NCBI GenBank assembly: GCA_000002445.1
Contig: CP000068.1
Location: 1,120,001 to 1,184,000 of the forward strand
Length of the DNA stretch: 64,000 bases
Origin: Trypanosoma brucei
Lineage: Eukaryota
Reading direction: 5' to 3'
The notes beneath the pieces are model-generated. The model was given only the letters and a program-made list of their open reading frames with translations, had not been told where the DNA came from and made no database searches. Positions 42,847 to 51,598 of the stretch are shown piece after piece. Each line of letters begins with the position of its first letter. The first letter of the stretch is position 1. The position numbers and the translations under genes were made by a program.

Positions 42847-43485
42847 ATGCCAAAGCGGTCCAGGTCGGTATTACATGCGTACGTACTTCCTCCCAAACGC
42901 TTCAAAGTTATCGATGGGGACGGCACCACACAGAGAGCAGAAGGAGCTCTGCATTACGCTGAGCGTGCCGATGGTGGTGTTCATCAGGGGCGCATTACTG
43001 CAGGAATCTGCGGAGGTGCGCGTAATGTTGCAGCCGCAGCTTTTGGAAGTAATGTTATGAGGGAAGATGATGCTTCCGTATCGGCTGCTCCCTCTTCGTG
43101 CGTGGAGTGGCAAGATTGGAATCAGCGAAACCATTTTGATGTTGACAACTATGAAGTGGAGGAGGAAGGAGCTGCTTGTATTTTAATGGAGTGCGAGGGA
43201 AACGAAGTTGTCTCCCCGCTACCATCTTATCAGGTGGTGCAACAACATCCTAATTGGTTGGAACGCGCCGTCATGCTTGCGCGCCATAGCATTAAAGGTG
43301 CAGCAGCTCAACGCAGGAAGGGCGTTTGTGGTGGTGTTTGCATTGCCACACTTCCAGATCCTTCCTGTGTTTGTCTTGACGCAATCAGTGAAGAGGAACA
43401 GAAATGTTCGTCCGCTGTTGCAACAATTGCCGCTGCTTTTTACGGAATGCCACAAGAAACAAGTTCGGATCGCTTTGTCTTGTGA
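42847..43485 (+). CDS. Hypothetical protein
   Basis: The ORF-track start at 42814 is GTG within the (TA)n flank. The first ATG at 42847 gives MPKRSRSVLHAY.... 213 aa, coding-like, no recognisable domain. Confidence 0.4.
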   Translation: MPKRSRSVLHAYVLPPKRFKVIDGDGTTQRAEGALHYAERADGGVHQGRITAGICGGARNVAAAAFGSNVMREDDASVSAAPSSCVEWQDWNQRNHFDVDNYEVEEEGAACILMECEGNEVVSPLPSYQVVQQHPNWLERAVMLARHSIKGAAAQRRKGVCGGVCIATLPDPSCVCLDAISEEEQKCSSAVATIAAAFYGMPQETSSDRFVL

Positions 43486-44435
43486 TTGTTTTTCATCCTT
43501 TGCGCGCTAACCTCCCGGTGTGTGCGCGCACTTCACAGTTCTATTGAGGTTTCAACAGTGTTGAAGCGCATCACATTTCTTTTTATTCGTTTTGAATTTG
43601 TATATACATCTCAAGTACACATGTACGTGGGTGTATATGGGTAAGTTTGGGTGGGACTTTTTTTGAAAAACTTTTCTCCCCTATATTGCAACAACCAGAG
43701 GTGGTGGCAAAGGGAATTTTGCCGCCTGATATTTTTTTGCTGATTACACTAAATTTCGTTCATTGCATTGAAAACTTTTTTCTTTGTTATGGTATGCCTT
43801 TCTTTTCTCGAGTGTTTTTCACTTTAGTGTTACAGCTACGAGTTACAATAACTCACAGACATTTTTTTTATTCATTTCACGGGGTCAGGGAGCCGAATAC
43901 AGGGATTTTCACCGCACTGTCGTTTCAGCTGCTCTGTTTGAAGTTACGCGGGTACACGCAGTGGGACGAATGATGCTTTTCATGGTTTTGTGAGTGGCTA
44001 ATTTTTATTTTATTTTTGTTGTCATGTGTTCTCTTCGAGGGTACGCGCATGTTTTGTTTTTAATTTTTTTTTTTTTACATCATTTGTTACGCTCTCTCTC
44101 CTCGCGTTTGTGTGCGTGTGTGTATGGATGTGGGTACTGATGTCGGTTGGAAGTTTCCTTTGCTCAGATTATCTTTTTATCTTGCTCTTCTTTTATAACT
44201 AATGACGATATTAGTGGCTGTGGCTTTATCACAGCCGTACGTAACGGGAACACAAGGAAAACAACTCCATATACATACAACAATTATTATTATTAATTTT
44301 TGTTTTTACAAATAGACTAAAGATATTACATAGAAGCTATTCTGTCCATAGAGGGGCTGCACCCATAGAACGTAAACGTTGTGTACACAGGTACTAACGG
44401 GAGAAAAAAGCAATTGGATTGACGCGTCCAAAGCC

Positions 44436-46169
44436 ATGGCGGCCCTTGTGGAAGACATGGAGTCGCTTCGTAAGCGGCTGCAGCTGAGCGAGGAATGGAA
44501 CTTGCGACTTCAGAGCCAAATACAGGAATTGTTACAACTCCCACATAATGAGGTGGAGACGCTTAGAAGTAGGATGTATAACCCCGACATTGCCATCCCT
44601 CTTCTACAGTGTTATGATGCCACCATTCTAGAGAAACAAGATGAAAATGAAAAGCTCCAGCAGGAAAACCACCGGCTGAGGAGCCGTTTGCAAGAGATGA
44701 CTACCAACGTGGCCGAAATGCAGGAAGCGGTGCAAACCGCGGAAGATTTGATGAAGGAGAAAGAGGTGGAGTCACAACGCCAGCAGCGTTGCATCGACGA
44801 TGTACGACTGCAAGCTGAGCACGAGTGCGCGAAAGCACGCCAAGATTTGTCAAGAGCACTGGAAACGGAGGGAAATATGAAACGGGAGGTGAAGCAGATG
44901 CAACGGCAGCTCGCCGCCGCCCAAGAAGAAGTGGTTCAGCGTCAGCGCGAGGTTGCAACACTGGAAGAGACATTGAGACTCACGCAGAGCCGACTAAAGT
45001 TGGCTTCGAGCGAAAAGGAAGAGACACAGCAACAGCACGAGGTTCAGCGCATACAACTGCAGTTGCTCAGCAAGGAGAATGAGGACAAGATGCAAGAACT
45101 GGAGCGGTTACGGAGCAGAATGGTGCAATCTCTTCGGCAGGCCGCTGAAAACCACGCAGCGCACATGCGGATCGTAGAGGAGAAACACCGTGAAGCACTT
45201 GAGGGGCTTCGAATGCAACTGACCACTCAGGAACTCGAAACCCAAAAGTTACGTGCTCAGCTTGCACGTGTGGATACCAGTGGTGGGGGAAGCAAGTATG
45301 AAATTGCTACACGGACAACCACGGAACTTCTAGAGTCGCAAGCGCGGCAGGCGCAGGAGATTGAATTAAAGCGCCTTTACGCCGAACTCTCGGCTGTTCA
45401 AATTCAAAGAGATGACGCCCAGCTACGTTATGAGCAACTATCCAGTAACCTACGGAGAGAGGAAGCAGAGCGTACGAGTGAGATGCAGAGGGGAATGCAG
45501 CAGCTACGGAGCAAGTTACGTGAACTTGAGCAGCAGCATGAACAACTTGAGAAGGAACACGCGCGTGTGAAGGAAGAGGTACGTGTGCTACGAGAGAAAA
45601 GCAAGAGCCATGCGGGTGATCTCCAGCGTGCACGGCAGGAAAGGGATCAATCAACAAAAAGGGCAGAGGAACTACGGCGTGCGCTCTCGTCAGCCGAGGA
45701 GGCGTGTGAGACAGCAAAGCGTGAAGGAAAAGAAGGGGTTGCACGGGAACGGCAGCGTATGGAGGAGCAGTCACGGCGCAGTGAAGAAGTGTTACGTGAG
45801 TTGCAGATGTCAAAAGAACGGACGGTTGCGGCGATGAACGCGGTAGAACTGCAACGTGACGATGAGAGGCATAAGCTTGTAGCGGCAAACGAGCGACTAG
45901 AGGCGTTGCAGTTACGTCTGGATGCTCGTGAGCGTGAGACGGAAGTGCTGAACTCAAAATTAAGCCACATGCAGGAGGCGGTGCGGTTGAATCAGCAACA
46001 GGCGGTTGCGTGCGATGAGCGGGTTCAGCAGCTATTGGCACAGGATGAAGAGAAATCGAAGCAGTTAAGAGAGTTAAAGTTGTTGGTAGAGCGCCTCAAA
46101 TTGGAAAGCGCTCGCGCAACGCGTGCACATGACCGACTCCTGGAAGAAGTGAATGTCCGACTCCATTAG
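44436..46169 (+). CDS. Long coiled-coil protein (Q/E/R/L-rich), hypothetical
   Basis: The ORF-track start at 44379 is TTG. The first ATG is 44436. The protein is almost entirely heptad-compatible (e.g. LRSRLQEMTTNVAEMQEAVQTAEDLMKEKEVESQRQQRCIDDVRLQAEHE) with no catalytic motifs. Confidence 0.55.
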   Translation: MAALVEDMESLRKRLQLSEEWNLRLQSQIQELLQLPHNEVETLRSRMYNPDIAIPLLQCYDATILEKQDENEKLQQENHRLRSRLQEMTTNVAEMQEAVQTAEDLMKEKEVESQRQQRCIDDVRLQAEHECAKARQDLSRALETEGNMKREVKQMQRQLAAAQEEVVQRQREVATLEETLRLTQSRLKLASSEKEETQQQHEVQRIQLQLLSKENEDKMQELERLRSRMVQSLRQAAENHAAHMRIVEEKHREALEGLRMQLTTQELETQKLRAQLARVDTSGGGSKYEIATRTTTELLESQARQAQEIELKRLYAELSAVQIQRDDAQLRYEQLSSNLRREEAERTSEMQRGMQQLRSKLRELEQQHEQLEKEHARVKEEVRVLREKSKSHAGDLQRARQERDQSTKRAEELRRALSSAEEACETAKREGKEGVARERQRMEEQSRRSEEVLRELQMSKERTVAAMNAVELQRDDERHKLVAANERLEALQLRLDARERETEVLNSKLSHMQEAVRLNQQQAVACDERVQQLLAQDEEKSKQLRELKLLVERLKLESARATRAHDRLLEEVNVRLH

Positions 46170-46190
46170 TACTTTAGAAGTTAGTTTGAC

Positions 46191-46216
46191 ATATATATAT
46201 ATATATATATATATAT
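46191..46216. repeat. (TA)n microsatellite about 20 nt after a stop codon
   Basis: atatatatatatatatatatatatat. Confidence 0.9.
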
Positions 46217-46423
46217 ACGTATGTGTATGCGCATTTGATGTTGCTTGTTTGGGGAAGTGTTTGTTGTCCCCCATCATTATTTTTTCAAAAGTTTTATTTT
46301 TGCGTGTTTGCTGGTGTTTTGTGCGTGCACTGGGTCCAAGAAGACGATATGTTGTTATTTTGTTTGTGTTTGTGAACCTCCTCTTGCCAGACTACTGTTA
46401 CGCCTAGAGAAAATTCATCAAAA

Positions 46424-46903
46424 ATGGAGGATTCCTCAGTGAGTTCTTCACTGGGTTTAGGTTCTGTAGATGGTGGATGCGTGGGGGCATCTCCGGAATG
46501 CCGTATAACCGCAAAGCAGTGGAATGCGGTGGCGGTGTGGTCCTGGAATGCTCAAATGGATGCATGTCCCATTTGTAAGGGTCCTGTTGCAGATATGTGT
46601 ATTGAATGCCGAGGCAACGCAGGCAGTGCAAGGCGTCAAAATGCGGTTAGCCAGAACTACAACAACGATGAGGATGAAAACCGTAATAACAAACGAAGTG
46701 AATTTGGTACCAGTAAAGTTCAGCAACCGCCGTCGTCGTCTTCATGCAGTGATAACGCAGCGGATGAGTGCCTTGTCGTGTGGGGCGCATGCGGGCACGT
46801 GTTTCATCATCACTGCATTTCAAGGTGGGCGCAGCAACGGCCGCTGTGTCCCATTTGTGGTTGTAAGTGGGCGGTGTCCAAAACCGCAAAGAATGATTAC
46901 TAA
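46424..46903 (+). CDS. RBX1: RING-box protein RBX1/ROC1-like (RING-H2) with a roughly 40-aa insertion
   Basis: WNAVAVWSWNAQMDACPICKGPVADMCIECRGN...DECLVVWGACGHVFHHHCISRWAQQRPLCPICGCKW. This is colinear with Rbx1 [33 protein letters not shown]...[36 protein letters not shown]. An Asn/Asp/Ser-rich insert sits between the CxxC pair and the WG..C.H core. Confidence 0.75.
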   Translation: MEDSSVSSSLGLGSVDGGCVGASPECRITAKQWNAVAVWSWNAQMDACPICKGPVADMCIECRGNAGSARRQNAVSQNYNNDEDENRNNKRSEFGTSKVQQPPSSSSCSDNAADECLVVWGACGHVFHHHCISRWAQQRPLCPICGCKWAVSKTAKNDY

Positions 46904-47367
46904 GCATCTTGTTGCTGTACACATGTGATGTGTCGCATAATAAGTTAGTGGTGTCATTAACATTGGCTATATACCCTGGTATATCATAAATTTTTACTCT
47001 GTTTCCACCATCACTTTACGGTTGCGTGTGTTTGGGCTTGCGACACCACCTACATATACTGATCAAGTGTTTTCGCTTCGGTTCTTTCAATTTTATTGTT
47101 AATGTACGTTAATTTCTCTTGGCAGCGTCAGCAAAGAAACAGATAGCGACCGCGGTAAGGCTTTCGAAAGTGTCGGTCAAGGTTAGTTAAGCACCACTGT
47201 ATCGTTCAGTTGACGGTGTGTATTACATTATTTGGGCTTTGCTACAACCTGTCAGGTGCATAGCGCCTTTCTTTGTGTCGAAGCGAAGTTCCTTTTACAA
47301 CCAGGATACGTGTGTGCGTGAAAGCGCGTTATTTATTTATTAATTTTTTATTTCTTTTAGGAGGCTA

Positions 47368-47688
47368 ATGAGTAATACAAATTCGTCTGGGTGCATGGAT
47401 GTAAGCATTCCTGTCACACTGAGGGGAGCCGCTCTTTTTTGCACGCACGAACATTCAGAACTGCAATCAATATTGTGCCTCATTTGCAGGGCTCATCTCG
47501 CTGATCACTGCGTCCATTGTTCCACATCTTCTGGTTTCTCGCTTCCTACCTCAGACTGCCTGGTTGTGAAAGGGGAGTGCGGGCATAAATTTCACGCTCA
47601 TTGTATAGGGGACTGGGGCGAGCAACATCAAGTTTGCCCAGCATGCCGTAAGCAATGGGTCGCTGCTGAACGTATTGCACGTTCGTAA
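47368..47688 (+). CDS. Second RING-H2 RING-box-like protein (APC11-like or divergent Rbx paralogue)
   Basis: CLICRAHLADHCVHCSTSSGFSLPTSDCLVVKGECGHKFHAHCIGDWGEQHQVCPACRKQW fits the C.IC...C..C....C....G.C.H.FH..CI..W...CP.CR..W pattern. It lacks the N-terminal WxxWxW strand. The conserved WG is KG here. Confidence 0.6.
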   Translation: MSNTNSSGCMDVSIPVTLRGAALFCTHEHSELQSILCLICRAHLADHCVHCSTSSGFSLPTSDCLVVKGECGHKFHAHCIGDWGEQHQVCPACRKQWVAAERIARS

Positions 47689-47943
47689 TCGACTCCTCTT
47701 TCAAATCCACGCCAGTTCTTTCCATGTCTTTCGGCAATAGTCACTGTAGAATGTAATTTGCTGGTGATGTTTCCCTCTTTTTTTTTTCTCGTTAAGCTGC
47801 TCTATTTCTTTGCAATCTCAATGAATTTGTTTCTTCCTTTTGTATTTGCATTAGTCGAGTAATATGTTTCTCTTCTCTCGCTCTCTTGAGGAGTTTGGTT
47901 TGTGCTGGAAGCCCATTCGACACACTTTGTTCTCTTTGCTATG

Positions 47944-47946
<3 letters not shown>

Positions 47947-47976
<30 letters not shown>
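47947..47976. repeat. (TG)15 microsatellite
   Basis: gtgtgtgtgtgtgtgtgtgtgtgtgtgtgt. Confidence 0.9.
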
Positions 47977-47977
<1 letters not shown>

Positions 47978-48253
47978 AACCAAAAAAAATCATGAAAGTC
48001 TACGTTCGAGTGGATAGCAGTGGAAATGGTGTGGGAAAATTCACCAAAAAGAAAAGAGCGAGGGAATGCAAAAGTTTCTGAGGGGGATTTTTTTTTAAAA
48101 AAAAGGGCACGCAATTGTCTTCACTGTAACTGTTGCAACATTTGTACCGTAAGTGGTGATTGGACAAAATGCTCTTCACGTTCTTTTCCTTCTCGCTCTT
48201 TCAAAAAAAAAAATTGGTCGCTTTGTGTTGCTTCGCCTAAAGTGTTATAATCA

Positions 48254-49816
48254 ATGCCAAGTTCGTCGTTGTCGAGTCCCCATCCTCTCGTTACTGCAGC
48301 AATTCTTCTTGAAACGTCTCTGGGAGAACTTGTAGTTGATTTGTATGGCGCAGATTGTCCCGTAGCCACGGCGGAGCTCGTGAACTTGTGCCGCTGCAAG
48401 TACTTCAACGGCTGCATAGCTACCGAAGTAGTACCAGATAATGTCATGATATTGGCCCACCCAGTTGAGGAATTACGGCGGCAGACATTTGCTTCGCTTC
48501 TTGAAGCGAGTGGTCAATGTCATCAACTAGGGGGCGATACGGCATCAGATGGGCGTGCGGTGAAACAATTAATATATAATGAATGGAAACGGATGCGAAG
48601 GCACACCGCACAGTTAAGGCGCAACAGTGGTGCTAGCGGAAAAGCTGAAGCGGGCCGTTTGGAGTTTGTCCCCCAGTCAGCCTCGAATGCCGTTGGGGCG
48701 ATACGCCGTAGTGGACTTTTATTACTGGAGGTTCCAAAAGTGGACGGTGGAGGCAGTAATGATGAAGTTTCTCCAAAGATGCAACTACTTATTACCCTCA
48801 GCAACCGTCACCAAGACTATTTCGAAGATAACTTTATGGTGTTAGGTGAAGTGCGTGAAGGAAATAATGTCGTGGAGAAGATGCGTGTAGCACCACACAG
48901 ACGGTTGACATCTGTGTCCGGAATCACGACCCGGCCGTCTCGACTTATACGAATTAGGCACATGACCGTCTTGCCCACGGCTGGGACTGATGCTTTTGCT
49001 GATATCTCGCACCGGGACAGGAGGAAGACAATGGAAGAAAATAATCTCTCTTCCCGTCTGGCACAGGTTGGTTGCTTTCGTCATTGGGCAACGCTGGGGG
49101 CAGTGCAGGCAGCAAACAAAGGCCTCGTTTCGTTACTTAAAAGAGAAGCTTCCAAAAGCACTGCCCGTAAAGGTAGGAAGGGTTCCAGCGATGAAACGGA
49201 GTCATTCAGTGGGTGTGAGTTTCTTGTTATTCCCGAAGACTCTGCACAAGGGGGCGCCCGCAATTTTCCCAACCATGATACGAACAATGGGGATGATTAC
49301 GACATTTTGTCGGTGAAGTATAATTCACATTTTCATGGCGACTATCTTAGTTCTGACGATGATACTGACGGGGATGGCAATTTTGGGTCCCGTAAGGAGC
49401 GTGAGAAACGACAGCAGGAAAAAATGCGCCTCCATCAGGACAAGCTTAACGAAACTCGTGCACTCACGCTGAACCTACTTGATGGTATTGGGGATGCATC
49501 CGGTGAGCTGAAGCCGGAGGGAAACGTACTGTTTGTGTGCAGACTAAATCCACTAACAACGAGTGAAGGTTTGGAAATGTGTTTTTCTCAGTTTGGTAAG
49601 GTTAAGTCGGTGCAGGTGATACGGGACTCCAAGACGGGGGATTCATTATGCTATGGGTTCGTTGAATTTGCTGATGAAGAGACATGCTATAGAGCACATC
49701 AGAAGATGGACAACGCACTCATTGACGATCGGCGCATTCATGTGGATTTCTCTCAATCCGTTTCAAAACTATGGATGGAGAAGCAACGTGAATTGCGCAA
49801 GAGGGTGCGCCAATAA
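48254..49816 (+). CDS. Cyclophilin-type peptidyl-prolyl isomerase with C-terminal RRM (PPIL4-like)
   Basis: N-terminal ILLETSLGELVVDLYGADCPVATAELVNLCRCKYFNGC matches PPIL4 VLLETTLGDVVIDLY...CLNFLKLCKIKYYN. RRM NVLFVCRLNPLTTSEGLEMCFSQFGKVKSVQVIRDSKTGDSLCYGFVEFADEE has RNP2 and RNP1. Confidence 0.85.
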   Translation: MPSSSLSSPHPLVTAAILLETSLGELVVDLYGADCPVATAELVNLCRCKYFNGCIATEVVPDNVMILAHPVEELRRQTFASLLEASGQCHQLGGDTASDGRAVKQLIYNEWKRMRRHTAQLRRNSGASGKAEAGRLEFVPQSASNAVGAIRRSGLLLLEVPKVDGGGSNDEVSPKMQLLITLSNRHQDYFEDNFMVLGEVREGNNVVEKMRVAPHRRLTSVSGITTRPSRLIRIRHMTVLPTAGTDAFADISHRDRRKTMEENNLSSRLAQVGCFRHWATLGAVQAANKGLVSLLKREASKSTARKGRKGSSDETESFSGCEFLVIPEDSAQGGARNFPNHDTNNGDDYDILSVKYNSHFHGDYLSSDDDTDGDGNFGSRKEREKRQQEKMRLHQDKLNETRALTLNLLDGIGDASGELKPEGNVLFVCRLNPLTTSEGLEMCFSQFGKVKSVQVIRDSKTGDSLCYGFVEFADEETCYRAHQKMDNALIDDRRIHVDFSQSVSKLWMEKQRELRKRVRQ

Positions 49817-49990
49817 AGTTAAAATGATTCTCTTCCGTTAACTCATACCTTTGCAGCTGAATGAAAATGACCAGTGAGAGAAGAGTAGCTTTGTTGCACT
49901 CGTTGCATATCCCATTCCCTTCATCGCGGTATTGTGATCATGATCGTTGTCCACGCTGGCATTTTCAAGGATGTGACTTCATTCAGTCAA

Positions 49991-50034
49991 TTTATTTCGT
50001 GCTCTCTCTTTCCTCCTCATTATGGTTGTAGTAG
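49991..50034 (+). promoter_or_regulatory. Polypyrimidine tract plus AG: putative trans-splice acceptor upstream of SPO11
   Basis: tttatttcgtgctctctctttcctcctcattatggttgtAGtAG lies about 40 nt upstream of ATG 50071. Confidence 0.4.
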
Positions 50035-50070
50035 GGCACGTTTTCTCCCCTTCCCCTTCACGAATAAAAC

Positions 50071-51555
50071 ATGCACAGAGCCGCGTATGCACTGGGGGAC
50101 TCATGTGCCAAAGAAACGGCTGCGGGTGCGGCAGGTGGTACCACCGCATTCAGCCGCAAGTCCCAGCGACGCCAAGTTTTAAAGGCACCTGCATTCGTAA
50201 GCAGCGATAACATCAGAACTAGCACATCAATCAGCCTTAGAGACGAAGCAGTGCGTCGCATGGAATCGTTTGTGTTGAACGTTATTTATGAAATTGTGAC
50301 TTATCAAGGGATGAAATATGAGAGACAGCGAAAGGGAGATGCGCAACATCCAGCTGATGCCGCACTCCGATCCGAAGATGGGGACGATGCATGCGAGTTG
50401 AGATCCCCGGAGCGACAACCATCCGGTCCCAACCTCCTGACGGTATCGTCACAGCAACAACAATTGCCCCGACTGCGGCTATTACGTCAACAGCTATTGG
50501 TTCTTCGTCACCTCTATGCTAATGTTCAACTTGGTGTTATATGCACGCAGCGGGACGTTTATTACCGGCTGGTTCGGTTTTTTCCGGATCAGGGCTGTGT
50601 CAACCGTGTCATTCAACAACTAGTCCAACAACTCGGTTTGCCTCGACAGCTGTTGGGTGTTGTTCCGGGAACACGCGGTTGTGTAGGCGGTTCATTAAGC
50701 TTCCACGGAATTGATTTACGGCGGTACTCGTCTGAGGGTCTTCCATTACCTGTTCTACGGGAGGAACTAAGTGTTGTGTGGCGCCCGAAACATGAATGTG
50801 AGTCAATACCCGTCCATTCCCCTGATGATATTGAAGGATTTGAACTTCACAACGACATACGCTACATTATTGTTGTGGAAAAGCATGCAGTGTTTTTTCG
50901 GCTGATGGAAGAAAAAATATTTGATCGGGTTTCGTGCGTTTTATTAACCTCCCATGGGTTTCCCACCGCTGCAGCTTTGACGCTGCTTTCAAATTTGCAT
51001 CGGACGGCAACAGATGTTGGTGTACCTGTCGTCGCACTGGTTGACTATAACCCCAGTGGGCTTTCAATTCTCCAACAGTACAAACATGACACGGGACGGA
51101 TTCAAGAAAACCGTTATGCTTCCGTTCACTCACTACGATGGTTAGGTTTGCGTGGATGCCACGTTTTGCATGATGGGAGTACTGAAGTAGCGGATTCTCA
51201 ATGTTTGTCATCAGGAATTCATGCGGGTGATGCGGTGGGTCATATACCGCGTGTTGCTCGCCTACCATTCCAGCCGTTTACTCAACGCGATGATGTTATG
51301 ATTTCAAACATTATTGCAAGATGGGCCGCTATTTGGAAGGGATGTGACGATGGCGAAGATGCGCAGCGTGTGTGGTTTAGAGAAGCCCAAATAATGCAGA
51401 CGTCACGTGTTAAGGTGGAGTTGGAGGCGATCTATGAGTGTAGTGCAAGTGGCCCATACGAACCTACGCAAAAAGGATTTTCCTCACAATCTTTACATAA
51501 AGGCAGCTTCTCTACGTGGGTGTGTAGGGGATTATTTAGGCGGGACTACATTTAG
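50071..51555 (+). CDS. SPO11: SPO11 / topoisomerase VI subunit A homologue (meiotic DSB-forming transesterase)
   Basis: 5Y-CAP catalytic Tyr motif ICTQRDVYYR (nt 50551-50565). TOPRIM Glu in IIVVEKHAVFFRLME. TOPRIM acidic motif region VVALVDYNPSGLSILQQYK (nt 51043-51051 read D-Y-N). An alternative in-frame start lies at 50260 (MESFVLNVIYEIV). Confidence 0.85.
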   Translation: MHRAAYALGDSCAKETAAGAAGGTTAFSRKSQRRQVLKAPAFVSSDNIRTSTSISLRDEAVRRMESFVLNVIYEIVTYQGMKYERQRKGDAQHPADAALRSEDGDDACELRSPERQPSGPNLLTVSSQQQQLPRLRLLRQQLLVLRHLYANVQLGVICTQRDVYYRLVRFFPDQGCVNRVIQQLVQQLGLPRQLLGVVPGTRGCVGGSLSFHGIDLRRYSSEGLPLPVLREELSVVWRPKHECESIPVHSPDDIEGFELHNDIRYIIVVEKHAVFFRLMEEKIFDRVSCVLLTSHGFPTAAALTLLSNLHRTATDVGVPVVALVDYNPSGLSILQQYKHDTGRIQENRYASVHSLRWLGLRGCHVLHDGSTEVADSQCLSSGIHAGDAVGHIPRVARLPFQPFTQRDDVMISNIIARWAAIWKGCDDGEDAQRVWFREAQIMQTSRVKVELEAIYECSASGPYEPTQKGFSSQSLHKGSFSTWVCRGLFRRDYI

Positions 51556-51573
51556 CTCTGAGGAAATAAAATA

Positions 51574-51598
51574 ATATATATATATATATATATATATA
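51574..51598. repeat. (TA)n microsatellite about 20 nt after the SPO11 stop
   Basis: aatatatatatatatatatatatatatatac. Confidence 0.9.

Noticed and set aside
45307-46041. 244-aa minus-strand ORF inside the coiled-coil gene. There are similar long antisense ORFs at 38422-39024, 24801-25325, 50867-51268, 5495-5893 and 32137-32493.
   Set aside because: All lie antisense within GC-rich + strand coding sequence. Their products are Ala/Pro/Ser/His-rich with no motifs. Every supported gene here is on the + strand, as expected for one polycistronic unit. They are typical antisense-frame artefacts.
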